Shown here piece after piece: positions 28,053-35,387 of a DNA stretch of 35,387 nt. Origin of the DNA: an uncultured Methanosarcinales archaeon (GTDB taxonomy: Archaea > Nanobdellota > Nanobdellia > Woesearchaeales > CAYVYK01). The DNA lies in the NCBI GenBank assembly GCA_964455675.1, contig CAYVYK010000017.1, positions 1-35,387 on the forward strand, written 5' to 3'. The position numbers and the translations under genes are program-made. Each line of letters opens with the position of its first letter. Positions within the stretch are counted from its first letter, which is position 1. Under the pieces are notes generated by a model, which was not told where the DNA came from, did no database searches, and worked only from the letters and a program-made list of their open reading frames with translations.

Positions 28053-29099
28053 ATGCCAAAAAAGATTCTCGTTGTCGAGGACGATCCTGATTATTTGATT
28101 GCCCTTGAGCGAACGCTTGGTCAGAAGTATGATGTGGATACTGTCAAGGATGGCAACGCCGCTGTTGCTGCTCTTGAAAAACCATACGACCTTCTCGTGA
28201 TGGATATCATGCTTCCTCAGAAGTCGGGTTTTCTCGTTCTTGAAAAACTGCGGGAGCACGTCCCGAGATCAAGGCCGCCGTACGTCATTCTGATCACGGG
28301 CAATCAAGGTGCAAGGCATCGGCAGTACGGCCAATCTCTTGGTGCTCACGGGTATGTGAACAAGCCGTTCCGTATGGATTGGATGGCAGGTCTTGTGGAC
28401 AAATTCTTGGATCACGAACTTTCTGAGTCCGAACTCGAACGATTGTTCCGCTTATCCCAAACACCTGATCGTCAGCCAATTACCGAAAAAGAGGCACCCG
28501 TCGCTCTCAACTCTCTTGATGCCGAGCTTGATGCGTTTGACGTGCTCGTCCAAAGCGCTCATCTTGATGACTGCCGCATGCTGCCGCGCTGGATGCGCTT
28601 GACTCCTTACATTCCTGCTGGCGGGAAAAGCTCGGTTGCACTTTCATTGCAGTCTGGTCAGGAGCTAAAGAAATGCGGCGCTGGAGATCCTCCCGAGCAT
28701 TGCGTACGCTATGTTACAGATGGCTTGCAGTTCACGCACGGTATCATTTTTCATGGGCACTACTACGTTGGAGAGCATATCTCGCTTGAGGGAGCGGTCA
28801 AGGCGGAAATAGTTGCGTTCCATCGCTTCATGGCCCCTCTTACTCCTTCAGAGATCAACGGTTTTGCGGTCGGCATCCATTGGAAGAAAAGCCGCTTGAG
28901 TCCGATAGAACTTCCTCTCTCGACTGATTTTCTACACACCCTGCGGGATGGTGAGATTGTATTTACTCCTGACACGTCCTTGACAAAGTCAAACTATGTC
29001 GATATCCTGAATAATGCGCTTGGTTCTGCGAATGAGTACATCCATAGGATTGCGGCTTCCATTGGCGAAAAACCTGCCTGCTTCCGCATTCCCAAATAG
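28053..29099 (+). CDS. Response-regulator receiver domain fused to an unknown C-terminal domain
   Basis: ILVVEDD, DLLVMDIMLP, ILITG, YVNKPF; start MPKKIL at 28053. Confidence 0.85.
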   Translation: MPKKILVVEDDPDYLIALERTLGQKYDVDTVKDGNAAVAALEKPYDLLVMDIMLPQKSGFLVLEKLREHVPRSRPPYVILITGNQGARHRQYGQSLGAHGYVNKPFRMDWMAGLVDKFLDHELSESELERLFRLSQTPDRQPITEKEAPVALNSLDAELDAFDVLVQSAHLDDCRMLPRWMRLTPYIPAGGKSSVALSLQSGQELKKCGAGDPPEHCVRYVTDGLQFTHGIIFHGHYYVGEHISLEGAVKAEIVAFHRFMAPLTPSEINGFAVGIHWKKSRLSPIELPLSTDFLHTLRDGEIVFTPDTSLTKSNYVDILNNALGSANEYIHRIAASIGEKPACFRIPK

Positions 29100-29132
29100 G
29101 ATAACCTTTGTTCAAAGTCTAGAAGAAAAAAA

Positions 29133-29657
29133 CTACATTCCCTGTCCTTTGATTCTCTTCACGATTGCATCACGGATCTCTTCCGCGTGCATGATATCAA
29201 CTGCGGGGAGGTACCCTTCGCTGTGGTGTCGCTTCTTGCGCTGGACGAATCCTGATTGTCCTGCTGTTTCGATCTCGATGCTCGAGAATCCCATGATCCT
29301 TGCGATGACTCCGCGGTTGATGTCAACGTTCTGTATGCGCTCGTAAGGTATCGAGATATACTTTTTCCAAACGATTCCTTTCTCGATCTTGATGCATTCT
29401 TCCGTGATGTCATAGAGCCAGAAGCGGTATGCGAGCCTTGCGTAGATCTCCCCAATGATGATGATAACAAGCGCTATCACGAGAAGTGTGACGACCGTTG
29501 ACATGATGATTCCCTGCATCAATGCATCCGGAATCTTTTCCCGTAATGCATTGAACACGTCAACCGTGAAGTAGAACATAAAGATAGTTATTCCGATGAG
29601 CGGTGAGTACGCTCGAAGGCGGAAGAGCCATCTTGCTCCGGGGTGTAGCTCCTTCAT
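29133..29657 (-). CDS. Membrane protein with bacterial PH domain (YdbS-like)
   Basis: LHP, two TM helices, IPYERIQNVDINRG..ARIMG..I.IETAG. Confidence 0.85.
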   Translation of the reverse strand: MKELHPGARWLFRLRAYSPLIGITIFMFYFTVDVFNALREKIPDALMQGIIMSTVVTLLVIALVIIIIGEIYARLAYRFWLYDITEECIKIEKGIVWKKYISIPYERIQNVDINRGVIARIMGFSSIEIETAGQSGFVQRKKRHHSEGYLPAVDIMHAEEIRDAIVKRIKGQGM

Positions 29658-30130
29658 GTTCTCTTGCCCGTGATCTTTTGCATTAATAATCCCCGAATTT
29701 GTTCGGCTTCCTCGACGCCTACCGCTGGAATCTGTCCTTCCGCATGCGGCTGCGCTGAGTACCCGGCAGTTTGTATCATGATGCTTGAGAATCCTGCGAT
29801 TCTCGCGATGATTCCCCGGTGCACATCCACGTTCTGTATTCTCGCATAGGGGATTGTGCTGTAGCGCTTCCAGATGATGCCGCGCTCAAGGCGAACTCCT
29901 TCAGCTGTTAATTCGTAGAACCATCGGTTGTATGTCATCTGCGCGAAGATCTCCGCGCCGACGATAATAATGACGAGAAGAATAATCAAGAGTGTTAGGC
30001 CGATCGCCCATGATTTTAGGACTGCTGCTGCTCCAATGATGGCAAAGCTGCCAAATATCAATACAAGAATCCCAAGGACGTATCCGCCGATGCGGAACTG
30101 CCATTTTGCTCCAGGATGAAGTTTGTTCAT
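29654..30130 (-). CDS. Membrane protein with bacterial PH domain (YdbS-like), paralog
   Basis: LHPGAKW, IPYARIQNVDVHRGIIARIAG..IQTAG; ATGA-coupled to the next gene. Confidence 0.85.
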   Translation of the reverse strand: MNKLHPGAKWQFRIGGYVLGILVLIFGSFAIIGAAAVLKSWAIGLTLLIILLVIIIVGAEIFAQMTYNRWFYELTAEGVRLERGIIWKRYSTIPYARIQNVDVHRGIIARIAGFSSIMIQTAGYSAQPHAEGQIPAVGVEEAEQIRGLLMQKITGKRT

Positions 30131-30226
30131 AGATTCATTCCTTGAATTGTGGATATTTAAACATTGTGATCAATTCACCTTGGATGTCCAATAAGCCTTA
30201 TAATCCGCGCGTGATTCATCTTCTCG

Positions 30227-30961
30227 ATGGAATTGCTGCATGCAGTGCTCTTGTCGGTCATACAGGCCATCACGGAATGGCTTCCTGTTTCGAGTAGCGG
30301 CCATCTTGCGATCGTGCAGCACGTTATTGGCGTTCAGGACGTCGCGTTTGACGTGTTTTTGCATTTCGCGTCAATTCTAGCTGTTGTTGTGGTATTCTGG
30401 AGGGATATTGTGCATGCGCTGCAGGACGTTCCTTATCTTGTGAAGCTTGTGATTGCGATGATTCCTATTGCACTCGTCGGTTTGGTGTTCATGTCAGCGA
30501 TCGAAAGGGTGTTTGATAGCCTGTTCCTCGTGGGCGTGTTCTTCATCGCTTCAGGAATTATTGTTCTCCTGACGAGATTTGCTCGACAAAAGACCGGACG
30601 CGTGACGATTCTTGATTCGATCATCATCGGCCTTTTGCAGTGCGCTGCCATTCTTCCTGGCGTCTCGCGCTCTGGCACAACGATCAGTGCCGGTTTATTC
30701 CTTGGCCTCACGAAGGATGCCGCGATCAAGTTCTCATTCCTCATGGCAGTCCCCCTCATTCTTGGCGCGAGCATTCTCAAGGCTCCTATGCTTGTTACAT
30801 CAGGACTATCCTTCTATACAGTCGCCGTCTCGTTTGCTGTATCGTTTCTTGTGAGCGTTCTCGCGATTAAGTTCCTCCTTCGTGTTATCCGCCATGGGGG
30901 CTTTCATTGGTTTGGCGTGTACAACCTCTGCGTTGGTATCGTTCTGCTGCTCGTAGCATAA
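30227..30961 (+). CDS. uppP: Undecaprenyl-diphosphate phosphatase (BacA/UppP family)
   Basis: QAITEWLPVSSSGHL and PGVSRSGTTI signature motifs. Confidence 0.93.
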   Translation: MELLHAVLLSVIQAITEWLPVSSSGHLAIVQHVIGVQDVAFDVFLHFASILAVVVVFWRDIVHALQDVPYLVKLVIAMIPIALVGLVFMSAIERVFDSLFLVGVFFIASGIIVLLTRFARQKTGRVTILDSIIIGLLQCAAILPGVSRSGTTISAGLFLGLTKDAAIKFSFLMAVPLILGASILKAPMLVTSGLSFYTVAVSFAVSFLVSVLAIKFLLRVIRHGGFHWFGVYNLCVGIVLLLVA

Positions 30962-30994
30962 GGTTTATGAACTATCTCCTTCGCTTGAGGTATC

Positions 30995-31336
30995 ATGCGT
31001 AGGCTTTTGACCGCTCTGCTTTCGTTGTTGACGATTCTTGCGCTTATTGGCGCGTTTGTTGACGCCGGAGAGTATCATCAGTATATCTCGGGCGACCTGG
31101 TTCACTTTCTCGTGCTTTTTGTTCTGACTTTCATTGCTGTGCTTCTTGCGTTTCATCATAATTTCAAGCATCCCTACGGCGCTAGTTTCGTCTATGCCCT
31201 CGCGCTTGCCGGTATCATCGAGCTTGTCCAGTTCTTGCTTCCCTACCGCTCGCCAAAATGGAGCAATCTTCTCGCTGGTGTTGCTGGCGCGGTTCTTTCG
31301 CTCGTCATTGCGCGTCTCGCACGGAAAGTCTTATAA
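30995..31336 (+). CDS. VanZ-family membrane protein
   Basis: DLVHF..F ... IELVQFLLPYR...NL.A...GA. Confidence 0.8.
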   Translation: MRRLLTALLSLLTILALIGAFVDAGEYHQYISGDLVHFLVLFVLTFIAVLLAFHHNFKHPYGASFVYALALAGIIELVQFLLPYRSPKWSNLLAGVAGAVLSLVIARLARKVL

Positions 31337-31357
31337 ATCGTGCATGGCGTACGTTCT

Positions 31358-32812
31358 ATGATGGAAGAGGAGCTCGAGCTGTCTGATTATTGGAACATTG
31401 TGAAGAACCAGTGGAAACTGATCGCGCTTGTTCTGGTCGTCGTGCTCGCTATTGCCGGTATATACTCGTATCTTGCGTCTCCCGTGTATGAGGCGCGGAC
31501 TCTTGTTGTCGTCACGAATCAGGATTACTCATCGCTCATCCTTTCCGGAATTTCCCTTCCTCGAATTGACATCACGACCGAAACGGAGATTATCAGGAGC
31601 CAGGCGGTTCTTGGCGTAGTTCTCAAGGCGGCGAAGGCAAAGTATGATGTTTCCGTTGAGCCTGTGCGTGATTCGAGCGCGATCGAGATCATCGTGCATG
31701 GCGGAACTCCCGATGGCGTGCAGAAGGTGGCGAACGCGATCGCGCTGCGCTATGTGAATTACAGTATCGAAGCGCGAAAGGCTGACGCGGTTGCTGTCAC
31801 TTCTTTTATGACTGGCCAGATTGTTTCTCTTGAGGAGGAGATTGATATGATTAATCTTGAGATCCTTGAGATGGACCATAATAAGTCTCTCGACGCTGAG
31901 TACGCCTTGCAGACCTTGACATCCACTCTCTCGGCCAAGGAAAAGCTCCATTCCTATCTTTTGAACCGTCGTGAGGAGATCGGCATCTTCGCCCAGCAGT
32001 CGCAGGGGAATGTGCGTATTGTTGAGTACGCCGAAGCTCCGGTCTGGCCGGTCCGCCCGAATCTTGTGCTCAATCTTGCTGTGGGTATTGTTCTTGGCAT
32101 CTTTGCCGGCGTTGCTCTTGCGTTCATGCGTGAGTACGGCAAGAATGCGATCCAGCGTGTTTCTGACGCGGAAGCGTTCGGGACAGTCCTAGGCACTCTT
32201 CCTCATGCGAAGGGAAAAGGCCTGTTTCAATCATCCGCCCCCCATAGTGTGTTTTCCGAGAAAATCCGTCTCTTGCAGACTCATCTCGTGTTTGCGTTGA
32301 ATGATCAGTATGTGAAGGTCCTTGCGGTCTGCTCTCCTGAGCAAAAGGATGGCAAGACGACCGTTGCTGCGAACCTTGCGCACTCCCTTGCGCTGCACGA
32401 TGTTGAAGTCCTCCTGATTGACGCGAACCTGCGTGATGGTCCTATTTTTGGTCATAAGGGTCCTGGGCTTTCTGAGTACTTGCAGGGAGAAGCCGAGGCT
32501 GACAGCATTGTTTCAGATCATCATGGTATCCCGTTTATTTCTTCAAAAGCTGTTGAGCGCCCGATTGAACTGATTGTTTCTCCGAGGATGAAATCTCTCT
32601 TTTCAAAACTCGCAAAGGAGTACAGTATCATCATCGTGGACACTCCTTCCCTTGAGTTTGCGGAAGGCGCCCTCATCGCGTCGCAGTGCGATGGCGCGCT
32701 GATCGTTCTTGCGCAAGGGAAAACGTCCAAGGACGCGTCTGATAAGGCGAAGCGCACGTTGCACCGCGTCAAGGCAAGGATTATTGGCACGGTCCTTAAC
32801 TTTGCGCGGTAG
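31358..32812 (+). CDS. Wzc-like polysaccharide co-polymerase / BY-kinase
   Basis: Wzz-like N-terminus (PVYEART), coiled coil, PVRP + TM, SEKIRLLQTHL, Walker A KDGKTT, IDANLR, Walker B IVDTP, IGTVLN. Confidence 0.88.
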   Translation: MMEEELELSDYWNIVKNQWKLIALVLVVVLAIAGIYSYLASPVYEARTLVVVTNQDYSSLILSGISLPRIDITTETEIIRSQAVLGVVLKAAKAKYDVSVEPVRDSSAIEIIVHGGTPDGVQKVANAIALRYVNYSIEARKADAVAVTSFMTGQIVSLEEEIDMINLEILEMDHNKSLDAEYALQTLTSTLSAKEKLHSYLLNRREEIGIFAQQSQGNVRIVEYAEAPVWPVRPNLVLNLAVGIVLGIFAGVALAFMREYGKNAIQRVSDAEAFGTVLGTLPHAKGKGLFQSSAPHSVFSEKIRLLQTHLVFALNDQYVKVLAVCSPEQKDGKTTVAANLAHSLALHDVEVLLIDANLRDGPIFGHKGPGLSEYLQGEAEADSIVSDHHGIPFISSKAVERPIELIVSPRMKSLFSKLAKEYSIIIVDTPSLEFAEGALIASQCDGALIVLAQGKTSKDASDKAKRTLHRVKARIIGTVLNFAR

Positions 32813-32886
32813 CGTGTACGAAATTGTCACTATCGGATGGTGACGGATCGTAATCTTTTTATATTACCTGCATCCTTGAAGTACGC

Positions 32887-33375
32887 ATGGCTCACCTCCT
32901 AGATCTTGATACGAGGAAAGTGCATCCGCTGAAAGTTCCGTTCACGCTTATCGGCAGAAACCAGTGGAATGACATCGTCCTTCCAGGCCCGTATGTTTCT
33001 CGCTTCCATGGCGCGATCGTGCATCATGAAGGCTCTGATTATATCGTGAGATTTGGCAAGAACGCGATCTATTATCCTGAACGAAGCGCGATCGAGGATG
33101 TGTGCGAGGCGGATTTCATAAGGGAATCCATGGGTCTTGTTTCCGCATCGCATTTTGAGGCAAGGCGAGAGCAGGCAGAGTCTGATGTTGCTCCCTTGCC
33201 GGGCCGCCCGAAGTATGAGAACGCGCGCGATCTTGAGCCCCTGTTTGGCATGCTTGATGATCCCGAATCGAGGGGATTGATTGTCTCGTTTGGCAAAAAG
33301 CTCGAGCATGAAGGCATCATTGCGCTGCTCCGTGATGAGCCTCATAAGTATCATCGGCTGTTGTACATGAAGTAG
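32887..33375 (+). CDS. FHA domain protein
   Basis: IGR...NDIVL...VSRFHGAI...N motifs. Confidence 0.8.
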   Translation: MAHLLDLDTRKVHPLKVPFTLIGRNQWNDIVLPGPYVSRFHGAIVHHEGSDYIVRFGKNAIYYPERSAIEDVCEADFIRESMGLVSASHFEARREQAESDVAPLPGRPKYENARDLEPLFGMLDDPESRGLIVSFGKKLEHEGIIALLRDEPHKYHRLLYMK

Positions 33376-33410
33376 GAATTAATATAAACAGTTCTTGATT
33401 TCTGACGGGA

Positions 33411-34310
33411 ATGAATCTTGCCGAGTTTGTCCGGGGTGAACTTCTGCGTCATCCAAACGCCGGATACTGCGCTCGCCGTCAAGGTTTGTTTGCTGGCGAT
33501 GCTTTTGTTCGTCGAAAAGTGGATCGTGGCGTTCTCGCTCCCGGAAAAGTTGACCTTCTCGTGTTTGAGCCCTATGATGATCCTCTTGCCGTGCATGTCC
33601 ATAAGACCCATCAGGACTTTCTATCTGCTGGTATTCCCGTTGCTGCGCCGCTTGGTATCGTGAACGTAAGTTCCTATCGCGAGCTTGCGAGAGCGGAATT
33701 CCTTCGGTGGTTGTTCACGTTTGAGGTTGGCCAATCATCCTATCGCTTGCCGTTTGCTCGGGAATACATTGACACCAAGGTTGTGCGTCCTGTTGTCGCG
33801 CTTGAAGCAGTTGAGGGGGTTTCGTATGGGGAACTTCATGAGTCTTTGCGTCCTCGCATGGAAGAGCTTGTTCGTTCCTATCGTGAGCGGATTCTTGCGC
33901 AAGGGTTTGTGAGCCCAGCTGATATTTATGCTGACGTGCTCTCTGGCCACGCGTTTCCTCAAGAGTGGCCTCGGTCGCAGGTGGAATGTGCCGTGTATGA
34001 CCCTCTGCTTGACGAGGTTCATTTTGTTGACCTGATGAACTGGCGAAAGATTCCGCACGCTGCAAATGATATTCTTGAGCGGCTCGAGAAAGTCCGGCAC
34101 ATGAGGGAGGATAAAAGTATCTATAGTGCGCTTGCGCTTGCCGCAGGGATTCCTCAAATGTCGGAGCGGGAACTCTTCGCTGGCTGCACTCCTCTTGTAG
34201 GTCGCTGGCATCCGTGCGAGTTTGGCTCTGGTCCGAGGTATGAGCCCGGACTTCTCGATATCGAGGTGCCTGACGCGGACCTTTTTGCTCTAGAAGGGTT
34301 GAATGTGTGA
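33411..34310 (+). CDS. Divergent protein-kinase-like (Kdo/RIO-like) fold protein
   Basis: AGIPVAAPLG, LEAVEGVS, GFVSPAD, VHFVDL in kinase-like order; canonical HGD and DFG altered. Confidence 0.5.
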   Translation: MNLAEFVRGELLRHPNAGYCARRQGLFAGDAFVRRKVDRGVLAPGKVDLLVFEPYDDPLAVHVHKTHQDFLSAGIPVAAPLGIVNVSSYRELARAEFLRWLFTFEVGQSSYRLPFAREYIDTKVVRPVVALEAVEGVSYGELHESLRPRMEELVRSYRERILAQGFVSPADIYADVLSGHAFPQEWPRSQVECAVYDPLLDEVHFVDLMNWRKIPHAANDILERLEKVRHMREDKSIYSALALAAGIPQMSERELFAGCTPLVGRWHPCEFGSGPRYEPGLLDIEVPDADLFALEGLNV

Positions 34311-34350
34311 GACTTGTGAATTCAAATGGCAATGCAAGACAGCTTCCCCG

Positions 34351-34689
34351 CTAGAATCCTTCAAATCCCATCGACTTCAAGATCCTTGTTATCTCCGCAA
34401 TGGTTTGTTGTTGTGCTTTCTCGTCGCTCATCCTGATGAACTTGATGAGCAGCGCAGCGATCTCATCATGAGAACCGAACTTGAGCACCTGTCCGTCCGT
34501 GATGAAGTAGAACCTGAATGTTTGGTACCTCAGCTCTTTGAGAATGATGTTCTCGACATGCGAAAGCGCTTTTCCTTTTTGTGGTGCGTTTTCAAGTGAC
34601 TTCATCAGAAGAAAGATGTCGTGGCTTTTTCCCTTGAATTTACCCAGCACTTCCTCTTCAAGTGCCTTGGTAATGATCACTCGGGCCAT
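34351..34689 (-). CDS. RelE/ParE-like toxin
   Basis: MARVIITK..., SLENAPQKGK, LKELRY..FRFYF; overlaps the antitoxin stop. Confidence 0.65.
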   Translation of the reverse strand: MARVIITKALEEEVLGKFKGKSHDIFLLMKSLENAPQKGKALSHVENIILKELRYQTFRFYFITDGQVLKFGSHDEIAALLIKFIRMSDEKAQQQTIAEITRILKSMGFEGF

Positions 34690-34880
34690 CGTTTTCGCGC
34701 TTCTTTGAGTGCTTCGTCGATGCTGACACTGTCAGACTCATCGTAGAGGTACAACGCCAGCATGTTTTTCTTCGTGAGCTCGTACATCTTCCGGATGACA
34801 TCATCGTATGATTCACCAGCTTTTCCGAGATTTCTGAGCTTCTCCCTCATTTCCGTGCTGATCGAAATGGTCGTATTCAT
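34677..34880 (-). CDS. Antitoxin (ribbon-helix-helix-like)
   Basis: MNTTISISTEMREKLRNLGKAGESYDDVIRK; acidic C-terminus VSIDEAL. Confidence 0.75.
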   Translation of the reverse strand: MNTTISISTEMREKLRNLGKAGESYDDVIRKMYELTKKNMLALYLYDESDSVSIDEALKEARKRWPE

Positions 34881-34884
34881 AGAA

Positions 34885-34912
34885 CCTATAGAGTCCATAG
34901 GATATTTAATGC
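34885..34912 (-). promoter_or_regulatory. TA promoter with putative operator inverted repeat
   Basis: cctat-N7-atagg (34885-34901) between a minus-strand TATA (attaaata) and the ATG. Confidence 0.5.
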
Positions 34913-35347
34913 TTTCGATGCTCATGCTGCGAACTATGGATGTTGGGCTTTTTGTGCGTATCCGCTGAAAAAGCGAAAGATTTCCTGATCCCTGGCGGGG
35001 ACTGTCCGTGACTCAATCGACCTGCTCGAATATTTTGTCGAGAATCTTTCGATACTTGCCTTTCTTCCTCACGATGAGAACAATGCCATCATTGCTGATA
35101 ATGAGATAGATCATGCACGGTTGATTTTCCACTTCCGTTATGGTTCTCGTCCAGATTCCATGTAAGCTCCTTGAGCAAGTTCCCCTTATTCCAGAATTCC
35201 TCAAAAACCGAATTCAATGGTTTCAGAAAGCATTACAAGGGCATCATCTGATGCCCGAAACGTGAGAATAACACAATCACATGAACACATTGTATTTTCG
35301 CTCCCATGCCACCGTAAAGCGCCCCCCACTATTTTCGTTTTTCGCCC

Positions 35348-35361
35348 AAAGCCTTATAAAT
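35348..35361 (+). promoter_or_regulatory. BRE-TATA for a gene beyond the window end
   Basis: aaagccttataaat, same pattern as at 30191 and 31324. Confidence 0.55.
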
Positions 35362-35387
35362 CCGGCGTGGCGTACGAGGAGAGAGTT

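Noticed and set aside
35013..35204. Possible frameshifted gene with NGSGKST P-loop-like word
   Set aside because: The motif is in a short frame lacking the preceding hydrophobic strand; may be a remnant but the family cannot be supported.

Overview
Chromosomal window of an archaeon, most likely DPANN (Woesearchaeales/Pacearchaeales-like). This rests on the archaeal but divergent 16S, BRE-TATA promoters about 25 nt before start codons, and protein style. It holds a single 16S-tRNA(Ala)-23S rRNA operon with long processing stems and no linked 5S. Housekeeping or generic genes include tmk, cyclophilin, Lrp/AsnC, TrkH, HAD, cupins, UppP, VanZ, a Wzc-like protein and a RelE-like toxin-antitoxin pair. 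The main candidates for new biology are: (1) a coupled six-gene radical-SAM cluster at 20.7-26.9 kb (SAM methyltransferase, B12-radical SAM, MazG-like protein, SPASM radical SAM, M24 peptidase, HD-radical SAM fusion); (2) nuclease and lipoprotein cassettes right after the 23S, bounded by repeated copies of the 23S trailer, plus a miniature duplication at the tRNA-Ala 3' end; (3) a ~170-nt structured non-coding element at 19.45-19.61 kb beside a truncated glyoxalase gene; (4) a probably nuclease-dead HTH-LAGLIDADG protein; (5) small zinc-finger genes missed by the ORF track. All calls come from motif reading by eye; no searches or folding programs were run.
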